A stretch of DNA of 64,000 bases from Oligoflexia bacterium (GTDB taxonomy: Bacteria > Bdellovibrionota > Bdellovibrionia > JABDDW01): contig JAYTHU010000094.1 in the NCBI GenBank assembly GCA_043732305.1, forward strand, positions 10,077 through 74,076. Direction: 5' to 3'. This document shows positions 29,101 to 39,460 of the stretch, piece by piece. How positions within the stretch are numbered: position 1 is the first letter of the stretch; every line of letters starts with the position of its first letter. Under the pieces are notes generated by a model. It searched no databases. It was not told the DNA's origin and saw only the letters and a list, made by a program, of their open reading frames with translations. The translations under genes and the position numbers were made by a program.

Positions 29101-29661
29101 GTGGCGGACGAAAAAAAGGAAGAGTCAAAACCGACAGTCGCAGTAGCACCCGTTTCATCGGGGTCGCCTGGACCGCAAAAACCAATTGTGCTTATCGCAA
29201 TCGCTGCGTTAAATATGATCTCAATGGGAGCTGTAGCTTTCATCTTATGGAGTTCACATAAAGCAGATCAGAAAAAAGCGCGACTCGATGACGTGGTTGA
29301 AGCGGTTCATAAAACCGACTCTGAACGTGATCCGTCTTCCATAAACAAGGAAGATATTGTTGGAAAGCTAATTCCGATGGAAACTTTCTTGGTGAATCTT
29401 GCCGGCAGTCGCGGGAGTAAGCTTGTTAAAATGAATATTGAGCTTGAAGTCGACAATGAAGCGGCTCTTGCTGAAATTGTACGTCGCAAGCCCCAAATCA
29501 GAGACAAAGTTATCATTCTTCTTTCCAGCAAAAATTATGAATTTATGAGTTCTAAAGAAGGTAAGCTCGCCCTTCGAGACGAAATCAAAGATGTCGTCAA
29601 TGAGTTCATGGCCAATGGAAAGATTAAAAATATTTATTTCACTGACCTGGTGGTGAACTAA
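29101..29661 (+). CDS. fliL: Flagellar basal body protein FliL
   Basis: TM plus FLVNL, PQIRD, IYFTDLVV; GTG 29101 after GGGAGG (track start 29062). Confidence 0.92.
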   Translation: MADEKKEESKPTVAVAPVSSGSPGPQKPIVLIAIAALNMISMGAVAFILWSSHKADQKKARLDDVVEAVHKTDSERDPSSINKEDIVGKLIPMETFLVNLAGSRGSKLVKMNIELEVDNEAALAEIVRRKPQIRDKVIILLSSKNYEFMSSKEGKLALRDEIKDVVNEFMANGKIKNIYFTDLVVN

Positions 29662-30659
29662 TGAATCAGGTGTTGTCGCAAAATGAAGTTGATGCGCTAT
29701 TAGCAGCGGTTTCAGACGGCGAAGTTGCCGGTGGGGCCGATGGTTCCGGCGGCGGCAGTGGAAATGATCCTGGCGTTATTGTTTACGATCTCACGAGCCA
29801 AGATAGAATCATTCGCGGACGCATGCCGCAGCTTGATGTCATTTATGAAAAATTCATGCGCGCCTTTCGCGTTTCTCTCTCTTCAGCTTTGAGAAAAATA
29901 GCTTCACTCAATCACGCGTCTACGGATTTTTTGAAGTTCGGCGAATTTATTAATACCCTTCCTATTCCTACTTGCATGAGCGTTCTGCGTTTCAATGCGC
30001 TCCGTGGATCTGCACTTATTGTTGTTGAAAGTAAACTCGCCTACGCATTGGTGGATAGTTTCTTGGGTGGTGTGGACAGACCTTACACCAAAATTGAAGG
30101 CAAAGAATTCACCGCGATCGAATTGAGTATTGTAAGACGCGTAGTGGAACTTGCTCTTGCAGATTTAGAAACCGCCTGGGCTTCGGTCACAACTATTGAT
30201 GCTAGTTTTGTGCGAACGGAAATCAATCCTCAGTTTGTTGGAATTGTTCCTCCTACAGATGTGGTCATTGCTTCCACTTTCGATGTCGAATTGGAAAACG
30301 CAAATGGAACAATCACTTTAGTCATTCCTTACTCGACGATCGAACCTATCAAACAAAAACTATCTAATGGTTTTCAAGTGGAATCCGATCAAACGGACAA
30401 AAAACTTTGGACTTCTGTTTTGCGTCAGCAGTTTATTGATACAGACGTGGAACTCAAAGTTTTGCTCGGTACCACACAGGTCGACATGAGTGAACTCTTG
30501 AATATGCAAGTGGGAGATGTCATTCCTCTCGATCAAGACGCAACCGGTGAACTTAATTTGGAAGTCGAAGGCGTCAAAAAATTCAAATGTTATTACGGCA
30601 TCAGCCACGGAAACGTGGCAGTACAAGTCACAAAAGTTTTCAAAGATAAACACGGATAA
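29661..30659 (+). CDS. fliM: Flagellar switch protein FliM
   Basis: VLSQNEVDALL CheY-binding peptide, YDL, LGG, C-terminal SPOA domain. Confidence 0.96.
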   Translation: MNQVLSQNEVDALLAAVSDGEVAGGADGSGGGSGNDPGVIVYDLTSQDRIIRGRMPQLDVIYEKFMRAFRVSLSSALRKIASLNHASTDFLKFGEFINTLPIPTCMSVLRFNALRGSALIVVESKLAYALVDSFLGGVDRPYTKIEGKEFTAIELSIVRRVVELALADLETAWASVTTIDASFVRTEINPQFVGIVPPTDVVIASTFDVELENANGTITLVIPYSTIEPIKQKLSNGFQVESDQTDKKLWTSVLRQQFIDTDVELKVLLGTTQVDMSELLNMQVGDVIPLDQDATGELNLEVEGVKKFKCYYGISHGNVAVQVTKVFKDKHG

Positions 30660-30691
30660 CCCCGGCGTATAAGCCTTTTTGGGAGGGATTT

Positions 30692-31075
30692 ATGGCAGAC
30701 AAAGCATCAGCAGTAGCCCCGATCACAGATATTGGACCCGCAGTAGTAGAAGCAGCACCACAGGATCTTTCAGCCGCGGCGGAAAAGCCTCGCACCGATG
30801 GTGGAAAAGGCAATGAGAGAAATCTCGATTTGATTATGGATATTCCGTTGAAGGTCACGGTCGAACTCGGCCGCGCCAAGATGGTGGTTCATGATCTTTT
30901 AGCTTTGGGACAAGGGTCAGTCATCGAACTTTCGAAATTGGCCGGAGAGCCGATGGAAGTTTTAGTGAATGACAAGCTTGTCGCGCGCGGTGAAGCGGTT
31001 GTAGTCAACGAAAAGTTTGGTGTGCGGCTGACTGATATCATTTCGCCGACTGAACGCATTCAACAGTTAAAATAG
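30692..31075 (+). CDS. fliN: Flagellar switch protein FliN
   Basis: DIPLKVTVELG, GSVIEL, ARGEAVVVNEKFGVR. Confidence 0.96.
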   Translation: MADKASAVAPITDIGPAVVEAAPQDLSAAAEKPRTDGGKGNERNLDLIMDIPLKVTVELGRAKMVVHDLLALGQGSVIELSKLAGEPMEVLVNDKLVARGEAVVVNEKFGVRLTDIISPTERIQQLK

Positions 31076-31085
31076 GGGCTAATCG

Positions 31086-31868
31086 GTGAACCAAAGAATG
31101 AAATTTTCGAGTTTGATTTCAATCATTTTTGTTTGTGGTATTTTATTTGCTTCAACTCACAGTGCCGCAGATAGCAAAATAACTGTTGCTCCTGCTGCTG
31201 CAGGAACTTTGGACGCAGAGGTTTTGTCTTTGGTCAAAACCGCGACCGAACCCACCCCGACCTCGACATCTGGGGCGACGCAGTCATCTACAGACTCAAA
31301 AATTGGAGATATCAAAATCCCCGATGGTAAAGATGCTGTTAAGGCTTCGGCAATGGCTTCGATAGCAGAAGAGTCTCTTCCCGTTTTTAAAGCGATCGCC
31401 GTTAAAACTGACAAAGCTGATAAAAAAACAAGCGTGTGGATTTGGCTGCGCATGCTCGGAAGTCTTGCCGTTGTTTTGACAATGTTTATTGGCGGAGTCT
31501 ATGGATTTAAAAAGATGCCCATGGCCAATAAAATGGGCCAAAAAGCAAAAATGATTCATGTTTTGGGCCAGCATCATTTGGGTGCGAAAAAATCTCTCGC
31601 AGTCGTTCGAGTTGCCGGTGAAACAGTTTTGATTGGAATCACCGACAACAATATTTCCATTTTAAAAACATTAAGTCTTCTTGATGACGATCTCCCTGGA
31701 GAAACCGTCAGTAAGAAATCAAATTTCGCATCTACCTTAAAAAATCAAGTGAACAGGGAAACACTACGAGGCGACGCAGCCGACGACTTAACAGAAGAAT
31801 TCAGCATGCAGGGAATTAAAGACATCGTTAGCAAACGAATCAAAGATTTAAAAGGAAGCCGACAGTGA
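31086..31868 (+). CDS. fliO: Flagellar protein FliO with long N-terminal extension
   Basis: TM followed by LGAKKSLAVVRVAGETVLIGIT; lies between fliN and fliP. Confidence 0.85.
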   Translation: MNQRMKFSSLISIIFVCGILFASTHSAADSKITVAPAAAGTLDAEVLSLVKTATEPTPTSTSGATQSSTDSKIGDIKIPDGKDAVKASAMASIAEESLPVFKAIAVKTDKADKKTSVWIWLRMLGSLAVVLTMFIGGVYGFKKMPMANKMGQKAKMIHVLGQHHLGAKKSLAVVRVAGETVLIGITDNNISILKTLSLLDDDLPGETVSKKSNFASTLKNQVNRETLRGDAADDLTEEFSMQGIKDIVSKRIKDLKGSRQ

Positions 31869-32635
31869 AGAAAATTATTTTCTTTGCTCTTATTTTAGTA
31901 GGCGTGGTTCTGATTCCTTCATCACAAGTGTGGGCTCAAGCCAAGACAGTGGGCGGAATCACTCTTCCCACTTTAAATATGGGATTCACTTCTACGCATG
32001 ATCCCAACGAAGTCGTTAACGTTCTAAAAATTATTATGCTTTTGACTGTTCTTACTTTGGCTCCCGCAATTCTTATCATGATGACCAGTTTCACTCGCAT
32101 TGTGATTGTCTTGGCTTTTTTAAGGCAGGCCTTGGGAACGCAGCAGATGCCTCCAAACCAATTGTTGGTCGGGCTTTCTCTTTTCCTCACATTCTTCATC
32201 ATGGCGCCAGCTCTAAATGAAATTAATGTGAACGCGCTTCAACCCTATATGAAGGGAACAATGGCTCAGGAAGATGCGGCTGACGCAGCCATGAGACCTC
32301 TTCGAAAATTCATGTTCAATCAAACTCGGGACACGGATTTGCAATTGTTTATTAAGCTCGGGAGAATTCAAGCCCCACGCACACGTCAAGATGTTCCTTC
32401 ACTGGTCCTGATTCCCGCGTTTGTGATTTCTGAACTCAAAACATCTTTTGAAATCGGGTTTGTCATCTATCTGCCGTTTCTCATCATTGACATGGTTGTA
32501 GCCAGCGTTTTGATGGCAATGGGTATGATGATGGTTCCGCCAATCATAGTCTCGCTACCTTTTAAAATTATGTTGTTTGTGCTTGTGGATGGATGGGCAC
32601 TCGTTGTGGGTTCCATTGTTAAAAGTTTCGGCTGA
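31865..32635 (+). CDS. fliP: Flagellar export protein FliP
   Basis: MMTSFTRI, PPNQ, PAFVISEL, GMMMVPP, LVDGW. Confidence 0.97.
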   Translation: MKKIIFFALILVGVVLIPSSQVWAQAKTVGGITLPTLNMGFTSTHDPNEVVNVLKIIMLLTVLTLAPAILIMMTSFTRIVIVLAFLRQALGTQQMPPNQLLVGLSLFLTFFIMAPALNEINVNALQPYMKGTMAQEDAADAAMRPLRKFMFNQTRDTDLQLFIKLGRIQAPRTRQDVPSLVLIPAFVISELKTSFEIGFVIYLPFLIIDMVVASVLMAMGMMMVPPIIVSLPFKIMLFVLVDGWALVVGSIVKSFG

Positions 32636-32650
32636 GAAAGGTTCTCTAAA

Positions 32651-32920
32651 ATGTCACCAGAACTCGTGATGTCAATCGGCCAAGAGGCCATTAAAACAAT
32701 GTTGCTCTTATCCGCACCTCTTTTGATTTGCGCGCTAGTGGTTGGTCTCGCTGTCAGTATTTTTCAAGCTGTGACCCAAATCAATGAAGCCACATTGTCA
32801 TTCGTTCCTAAAATTGTGGCGATTGTTGTGACTTTAATTTTTTGTGGACCTTGGATGATCGATGTGATGAGCCGATTCACCATCACGCTTTATGACAATA
32901 TTTCAACTTACGTGAGGTAA
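32651..32920 (+). CDS. fliQ: Flagellar export protein FliQ
   Basis: FQAVTQINEATLSFVPK. Confidence 0.97.
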   Translation: MSPELVMSIGQEAIKTMLLLSAPLLICALVVGLAVSIFQAVTQINEATLSFVPKIVAIVVTLIFCGPWMIDVMSRFTITLYDNISTYVR

Positions 32921-32926
32921 GAAAGA

Positions 32927-33709
32927 GTGTTTGAGATCTACAAATTCAGTGAAACGGAATTTATAGCGTTTGCGCTGATGCTCGTACGCATCTCAGCTTG
33001 CCTTGTCACAATGCCTATCTTTGGAAACCGAGACATTCCTGCTCACGTCAAAGTTCTCTTCAGTTTACTCATCACTATGATTTTATTCTCAAGTGCCAGA
33101 GCCCACATCTTAGCCACCACGCACATTGAATCCCAAGATTTGATCTTGCTTACTTTACGTGAAGCTTTTTTAGGAACCTTGATTGGGTTTTTATGTCGCG
33201 GAATTTTTTGGGCCGTGCAGATGGCGGGACAGTTGCTGGGCTTTTCAATTGGGTTCAGTGCCGCGCAAGCTTTTAATCCTGCTTTGGGTGACACGGGAAC
33301 AATGATTGAGCAGTTTCAATCCATTCTCGCGATGCTTTTGTTTTTAGGAATCAATGGGCATCACTGGATGATTCGAGCAATCGCCCAGAGTTTTGAACTG
33401 GTGCCTCTCTCGCTCACTACAATTAAAACGGAAACCATTTACGGATTAGGAAATTACATCCAGACGATTTCTGAAATCGCGGTCAAGCTTTCTGCTCCTA
33501 TGATGGCGGTAATTATTTTTCTCAACGGCGCTATGGGAATTGTTGGTAGAGCCGTTCCTCAGATAAATACGTTTGTGACGAGTTTCCCGGTGAATATTTT
33601 GGTTGGGCTTTTTGTGTTTATGGTTTCTATTCCACTGCTTTTAACTGTGATGGAAAATGATTTTGCCAGAATGACCGTTATTGTTTTCCAATTTATTAAA
33701 GCGTTTTAG
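32927..33709 (+). CDS. fliR: Flagellar export protein FliR
   Basis: Multi-TM; PIFG, AGQ, NGHH, RAVPQIN. Confidence 0.95.
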   Translation: MFEIYKFSETEFIAFALMLVRISACLVTMPIFGNRDIPAHVKVLFSLLITMILFSSARAHILATTHIESQDLILLTLREAFLGTLIGFLCRGIFWAVQMAGQLLGFSIGFSAAQAFNPALGDTGTMIEQFQSILAMLLFLGINGHHWMIRAIAQSFELVPLSLTTIKTETIYGLGNYIQTISEIAVKLSAPMMAVIIFLNGAMGIVGRAVPQINTFVTSFPVNILVGLFVFMVSIPLLLTVMENDFARMTVIVFQFIKAF

Positions 33710-33735
33710 TTTTAGATTTATAAAAGGGGAGCCTT

Positions 33736-34887
33736 TTGGCAGAAGATAGTTCAGAAGAAAAAACAGAAGCACCGACGCAGCAACGTCGGGACGACTTTAG
33801 AAAGTCGGGCCAAGTCGCTCAAAGCCGCGAGATCGGAAGCATTCTTGTACTTCTTGGTGTTGCTGTGGTTTTTTACTTTCTGTCCAAAGACTTCATCCTT
33901 CAGATAGAAACTTTGTTTAAATCCGCATTCACAGATTATTTTCTGTTGGCAGCACGCAGCGGAGACATGATTCCCGCATTGAGATTTTGTTTTGAACGTG
34001 GATTTGCGATCATCACGCCTATTTTTGCGGTAGCTATGATCACCGGCACTGCGGCGACAGTCATGCAGATTGGATTTTTGGCCGCTTGGGAACATATCAG
34101 TCCGGATATCGAGCGTATTAATCCCGTTAGCGGTTTTGCCCGACTTTTTAAAATGCGAAATCTCATTGAAGGCGCAAAATCTGTTTTGAAAGTTAGTGTC
34201 ATTAGTTTTATCGCATACCTGACAATTAAAAAAGAAATGCAGTTCACTCCCCAGATGGTCTTGCTTTCGGTTCCCCAAATCCTATCTTACATTGGGCATG
34301 TGCTTTTTAAACTATTCGGAAGCATCAGTGCTCTCATGGCTTTTGTGGCGATGCTTGATTACGGATTTCAAAAGTGGGAATTAGAGAAGCGCATGCGCAT
34401 GAGCAAGCAAGAAATCAAAGAAGAGTACAAACAGCGTGAAGGTGATCCGCTTATTAAATCACGGATCAAGAGAATCGCTCGTGAGCTCGCACAAAAGCGC
34501 ATGATGGATCAAGTTCCCAAAGCAGATGTCATCATCACTAATCCCACTCACATTGCTGTGGCCATAAAATATGATCGCACATCTATGGCGGCTCCCGCCC
34601 TCATTGCTAAAGGTGCTGACCTCATTGCAGAAAAAATGAAGCAGGTCGCGCGGGCGCACGGAATTCCTGTAGTCGAGAATAAAATGCTAGCTCGTACTAT
34701 TTTCAAAACTATGAAAGTGGGACACGGTATTCCTAAATCTTTATATCATGCGGTCGCAGAAATCTTAGCTTACGTTTACCGAATTAAAGGGAGACTTCAA
34801 CAGGTGACCAGAGAATTAAATAGTGACGTCGTGAAACCGGCTCGGGGCACTAATATGGTTAATGCAAACGGAGAAGTTAATTTATGA
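33736..34887 (+). CDS. flhB: Flagellar export switch protein FlhB
   Basis: EKTEAPT, EGDP, NPTH autocleavage motif. Confidence 0.97.
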   Translation: MAEDSSEEKTEAPTQQRRDDFRKSGQVAQSREIGSILVLLGVAVVFYFLSKDFILQIETLFKSAFTDYFLLAARSGDMIPALRFCFERGFAIITPIFAVAMITGTAATVMQIGFLAAWEHISPDIERINPVSGFARLFKMRNLIEGAKSVLKVSVISFIAYLTIKKEMQFTPQMVLLSVPQILSYIGHVLFKLFGSISALMAFVAMLDYGFQKWELEKRMRMSKQEIKEEYKQREGDPLIKSRIKRIARELAQKRMMDQVPKADVIITNPTHIAVAIKYDRTSMAAPALIAKGADLIAEKMKQVARAHGIPVVENKMLARTIFKTMKVGHGIPKSLYHAVAEILAYVYRIKGRLQQVTRELNSDVVKPARGTNMVNANGEVNL

Positions 34888-36980
34888 ATGATCTTTATAA
34901 ATTCTTTAAAAGTTTCAGCAAATATCTTAAAAACAGTGACATATTCATTGCCTTAGCACTTGTTGGAATTTTGGTGGTCATGTTGATCCCCATTCCACCA
35001 ATTATTGTCGACATGTTTCTTACCCTATCGTTTACAGCAAGTCTTCTGATTTTGCTGACGAGCGTTTACACCAACAAGCCTTTAGAGTTCAGCGTTTTCC
35101 CAAGTATGCTTCTTATCACTACACTTTTTCGATTGAGTTTGAACGTTGCATCTACACGTTTGATTCTCGTTCACGGTCATGAAGGTCCTGAATCTGCCGG
35201 CGGATTGATTCAAGCCTTTGGTAGTTTTGTGGTCGGTGACAATTACGTTGTTGGAATGATCGTGTTTATAATTCTCGTTGTGATTAACTTTGTTGTTATC
35301 ACAAAGGGTTCCGGTCGAGTGGCAGAAGTTGCCGCCAGATTTACATTGGATGCAATGCCCGGTAAACAAATGTCCATTGACGCGGATTTAAACGCCGGCC
35401 TGATTAATGATGAAGAGGCACGCAAGCGCAGAAAATCGATCGAAGCTGAAGCTGACTTCTACGGATCTATGGATGGTGCGAGCAAGTTCGTTCGCGGAGA
35501 TGCAATTGCTGGTATTCTCATCACGTTGATTAATATTATCGGCGGGTTGTTGATCGGGGTTATTCAACGTGGAATGGATATTGGTGCTGCCGCACAAACT
35601 TACACTAAGCTCACTATCGGTGAAGGCTTGGTTGCACAAATTCCTGCTCTCATTATTTCTACCGCGGCTGGTATAATTGTCACCAGAGCATCTTCTGATA
35701 AAAACTTGGGAGCGGAAGTCACTTCCCAATTGTTTGTGCATCCTCGAGCCATCGGGATTGTTGCCGCAATTCTCTTTCTATTTGGATGTGTTCCCGGAAT
35801 GCCCAAACTTCCATTTTTTACGTTTGCAATCATGGGCGGAATTTTAGCTTGGGTAATTGATCGCACTCAGAAGGATGAAGCAAAAGATAAAGTCGCAAAA
35901 GCGACCGCTGCCGCAAGCAAACCGGATAAGGAAAAGATTGAAAGTCTGCTCCCCCTCGACATGCTCGAGCTTGAAGTGGGTTATGGCTTAATAAATATTG
36001 TAGATAGCGATCAAAGCGGTGATTTGCTTGAGCGAATTGTCAGTATCCGAAAACAATTCGCCATGGATTTGGGAATTGTTGTTCCTAGCGTTCACATCAG
36101 AGACAACCTGCAACTTCAACCCGGCGAATATCAGATCATGATCAAGGGTGTGAAAGTGGCTGGAGGAGTTCTTATGGCTGACCATTATTTGGCGATGGAT
36201 CCTGGAAACGTCACCCGCGTGATTGATGGTGTGGCCACAGTTGAGCCCGCCTTTGGTCTACCTGCGCTGTGGATTTCTAAACCACTTAAAGAAGACGCTG
36301 AGATTGCTGGTTACACGGTTGTTGATTTACCCACTGTCATTGCGACCCATTTGACTGAAATTGTTAGAACTCATGCGCATGAATTAATTGGTCGCCAAGA
36401 AGTTCAAAGATTGATCGAGAGCTTCCAGAAAACCAATCCTAAGGTTGTCGAAGAACTCATTCCCAATCTTCTTGCTCTTGGTGCAGTTGTTCGAGTGTTG
36501 CAAAATCTTTTGCGCGAGCAAGTGTCTATCAGAGATCTTCTCACCATCTTTGAAACACTCGCGGATGAGTCCTTGAAAACTAAAGACGCTGATCTGCTCA
36601 CCGAAAATGTCAGACGCGCTCTTGCCCGCGGTATAACTAAGAAGTATACAAATGATGATCAACAAATCCCGGTTATATCGCTTGATCGCCGTGTTGAAGA
36701 GGCGATTTCGAATTCTTTGCTGCAAACAGAACAAGGTGTGCAGATGGTTTTGGATCCTCAGTACGCTCAGCAAATTCTCAACGCAGTAACAAAAACAATT
36801 GAAACAAATCCGTTGATAGCTGCACAACCTATCCTTTTGACTAGTCCTAGCATCAGGAGACATTTACGGAAACTTACGGAACGGTTTATCCCTCAGCTCG
36901 TGGTATTATCGCATAGTGAGTTGATCCCAACGGCAAATGTCAAATCTGTCGAAGTTGTGAGGTTGAGAGATGCAAGTTAA
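34884..36980 (+). CDS. flhA: Flagellar export gate protein FlhA
   Basis: RVAEVAARFTLDAMPGKQMSIDADL, FYGSMDGASKFVRGDA. Confidence 0.98.
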   Translation: MNDLYKFFKSFSKYLKNSDIFIALALVGILVVMLIPIPPIIVDMFLTLSFTASLLILLTSVYTNKPLEFSVFPSMLLITTLFRLSLNVASTRLILVHGHEGPESAGGLIQAFGSFVVGDNYVVGMIVFIILVVINFVVITKGSGRVAEVAARFTLDAMPGKQMSIDADLNAGLINDEEARKRRKSIEAEADFYGSMDGASKFVRGDAIAGILITLINIIGGLLIGVIQRGMDIGAAAQTYTKLTIGEGLVAQIPALIISTAAGIIVTRASSDKNLGAEVTSQLFVHPRAIGIVAAILFLFGCVPGMPKLPFFTFAIMGGILAWVIDRTQKDEAKDKVAKATAAASKPDKEKIESLLPLDMLELEVGYGLINIVDSDQSGDLLERIVSIRKQFAMDLGIVVPSVHIRDNLQLQPGEYQIMIKGVKVAGGVLMADHYLAMDPGNVTRVIDGVATVEPAFGLPALWISKPLKEDAEIAGYTVVDLPTVIATHLTEIVRTHAHELIGRQEVQRLIESFQKTNPKVVEELIPNLLALGAVVRVLQNLLREQVSIRDLLTIFETLADESLKTKDADLLTENVRRALARGITKKYTNDDQQIPVISLDRRVEEAISNSLLQTEQGVQMVLDPQYAQQILNAVTKTIETNPLIAAQPILLTSPSIRRHLRKLTERFIPQLVVLSHSELIPTANVKSVEVVRLRDAS

Positions 36981-38502
36981 AAAATTCGAAGCGAAAACCA
37001 TTAAAGAAGCACTTCAAATGGTTAAACAAGAATTGGGACCTGAGGCGGTCATCATCAGCGCCAAGGACAACAAAAAATCATTCGGTCTTGCCGGTGAAGG
37101 CAGTGTGGAAGTAACCGCTGCGATCACCGATAAATCTTTGCAGAAAAAACAATATGCGGAAAGCAGACTTTCTCCTCAAGACAAAGTACGCTTCAATAAT
37201 CAGACAGCGGAAGTTCAGAAAAAGTTTATTGATAAAACTGTCGGAAAATATCAGGCAAAAAAATCTGCGGCTGTTTCGGAAGCTGCAAGACGAGCTTCTG
37301 GAAAAGCTCGCGCTCGGGCGCTGACTGATCTCATTTACGATGAAGATTCCATGTCAGGCTCTGGGTCGGGTGGCGGTGAAATGCAAATTCATGCTCGCCC
37401 TCAATCCGCAGTGATCAGGCCCACAACGGGACGCCGCTACATCGATATTGCTGATGAAGACGACACACAAATATTAGGACATAGTGTTGAACAGGCGCTC
37501 GAAAATTTTAAGATGCAGGGGCAGAGTTTTCAAGAGTCGGATGTGAGACCCGCGCCGGCAAGGCAGCCAGCGGTTGTCTCTGAAGACATGTCAAATCTCA
37601 AAACTGAGGTTCAGCAACTGAGATTGCTTTTGAGTCAACTGGCTCAGGCAAACAACACGACGACAAAATCCGTGTCACGCCATCCAGGTGCCGAGTACGA
37701 TCTTCCTTTTGAACTAGCCTATCAGTATGAGAAGTTGGCCAACAGTGGTATTGACACTCGCTACATCGTTGAGATTTTAGAAAAAGCAGACAAAGATCTT
37801 ACAGGTGTAGATAAAAAGCGCAAGCCCTTGATAGACGCTTGGGTGGCTAGATACATCATGTCCCATACGGATGTGGTGGGACAATATTCCCAAGACGGGG
37901 ATCCTAAGTTGCATTTGTTCCTGGGGCCTTCAGGACATGGAAAAACAACTATGCTTGTTAAGATGGCAAGTCACTTCGTGATGAACGAGAAAAAGAAGGT
38001 AGCCGTATTTACGACCGATAATTTCAAAGTTGGGTCTCAGGAGCAGCTGAAAATATTTTGCCAGATTTTAAATGTCCCACTTGAGAATGTTCGTCACTCT
38101 ATCGAATTCGAAAAGCTTTCATCTAAATATAATAATTACGATGTGATCTTAGTCGATTATCCAGGATTCGCGCTGAGAGACATCTCCGAGATCGATCAGT
38201 TGAGGGCATTGATGCCTCATCGAGACATTCCTCGCAAGACACATTTGGTCTTAGGCGCCACGAGCAAAGATCTGGATGCTTATGAAATCACTCAGCGTTA
38301 CAACGTCACCCAGTATGACAATTTGATTCTGACTAAAGTAGACGAAAGTTTTAATCATGGAGTTCTTTATAACATTCAAAGAAAAACCCAGAAGCCCATT
38401 TACTGCTTTGGTACGGGCTCGAGGATTCCCGAAGATATTGAAATCGCAACAAAAGAGAGAGTCTTGGATCTGATTTATAAAATAACAAAAAATAATTTTT
38501 AA
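36970..38502 (+). CDS. flhF: SRP-family GTPase FlhF
   Basis: MQVKKFEA...ELGPEAVI N-terminus; GPSGHGKTT, DYPG, TKVDE, IPEDI. Confidence 0.93.
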   Translation: MQVKKFEAKTIKEALQMVKQELGPEAVIISAKDNKKSFGLAGEGSVEVTAAITDKSLQKKQYAESRLSPQDKVRFNNQTAEVQKKFIDKTVGKYQAKKSAAVSEAARRASGKARARALTDLIYDEDSMSGSGSGGGEMQIHARPQSAVIRPTTGRRYIDIADEDDTQILGHSVEQALENFKMQGQSFQESDVRPAPARQPAVVSEDMSNLKTEVQQLRLLLSQLAQANNTTTKSVSRHPGAEYDLPFELAYQYEKLANSGIDTRYIVEILEKADKDLTGVDKKRKPLIDAWVARYIMSHTDVVGQYSQDGDPKLHLFLGPSGHGKTTMLVKMASHFVMNEKKKVAVFTTDNFKVGSQEQLKIFCQILNVPLENVRHSIEFEKLSSKYNNYDVILVDYPGFALRDISEIDQLRALMPHRDIPRKTHLVLGATSKDLDAYEITQRYNVTQYDNLILTKVDESFNHGVLYNIQRKTQKPIYCFGTGSRIPEDIEIATKERVLDLIYKITKNNF

Positions 38503-38514
38503 TAGGAGAATAAA

Positions 38515-39357
38515 ATGTCAGCAAGGACGTCGGCATTCATCCCTTCGGTGGTGAGACAAACAAGAACTATCAGTATCACTTCCGGCAAAGGTGGAGTGGG
38601 AAAAACCACGGTGGTTGTCAACATGGCAAGCCAACTCGCAAAGCTAGGAAAGAATGTTCTCATTCTTGACGGGGATTTGGGAATGGCCAATGTGGATATC
38701 ATGTTTGGAGTTAGGGCAAAATATAATGTTTTGGATTTGCTCAATGGCAATAAACGCATTGACGAAGTTCTTACACAAATAGATCCACACATTTGGATCT
38801 TGCCTGGAGGCAGTGGCCTCACCGAACTTCAAAACTTAAGTGAAATGGAAAAACGTTGCATATTGGATCAGCTCGCAAGTATCAAACAAAAGTTTGATTA
38901 CATGCTGATAGACACTGCGCCTGGCATTGATAGCAACGTCATGTATTTCAATACTTCGGCCCAGGAAATTTGCGTTGTTGTAACTCCTGATCCTTCAAGC
39001 TTTGCTGATGCTTATGCTTTGATAAAAGTTTTGAACACTTATTATCAGGAGAAGAAATTTTCCATCATCGCGAATCAAGTGCGTGATGATCAAGAAGGGC
39101 TTTCAGTTTTTCAAAAGCTCTCTGATATCAGTCAGAAATTCCTCTACATAAGTCTTGATTACATCGGTTCCATACCAAGCGATGTCGTTGTGAGGCGCGC
39201 AACGAAAGCCCAGCAAATTTGTGTGACTGCTTCACCTGATGCAGTTGCTAGCCAAGCGATCAAACGCGTTGTCGAAAAAATCAACATGCGACAAGACATT
39301 GGTCACGTCAAAGGCGGTATACAGTTCTTCTGGGAACAAATCGTTGGCGTAGCATAA
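38515..39357 (+). CDS. flhG: MinD-like ATPase FlhG/FleN
   Basis: SGKGGVGKT, DGDLGMAN, DTAPGI, DAYALIK; follows flhF. Confidence 0.93.
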   Translation: MSARTSAFIPSVVRQTRTISITSGKGGVGKTTVVVNMASQLAKLGKNVLILDGDLGMANVDIMFGVRAKYNVLDLLNGNKRIDEVLTQIDPHIWILPGGSGLTELQNLSEMEKRCILDQLASIKQKFDYMLIDTAPGIDSNVMYFNTSAQEICVVVTPDPSSFADAYALIKVLNTYYQEKKFSIIANQVRDDQEGLSVFQKLSDISQKFLYISLDYIGSIPSDVVVRRATKAQQICVTASPDAVASQAIKRVVEKINMRQDIGHVKGGIQFFWEQIVGVA

Positions 39358-39460
39358 TAATAAAAAAGACCCTTAGGGTTTGAGTATTTTTTTGGTAAAA
39401 TAAGAGCAAGTTTAAGTCTTAAAAAAATCGGGGGCGATTTTGAGTAAGGGGTCAAAAACA

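Noticed and set aside
33751..34278. Long antisense ORFs (e.g. 33751-34278, 3091-3612, 36384-36863, 47546-47986)
   Set aside because: Fully antisense to well-supported genes with no recognisable motifs or RBS; typical shadow ORFs
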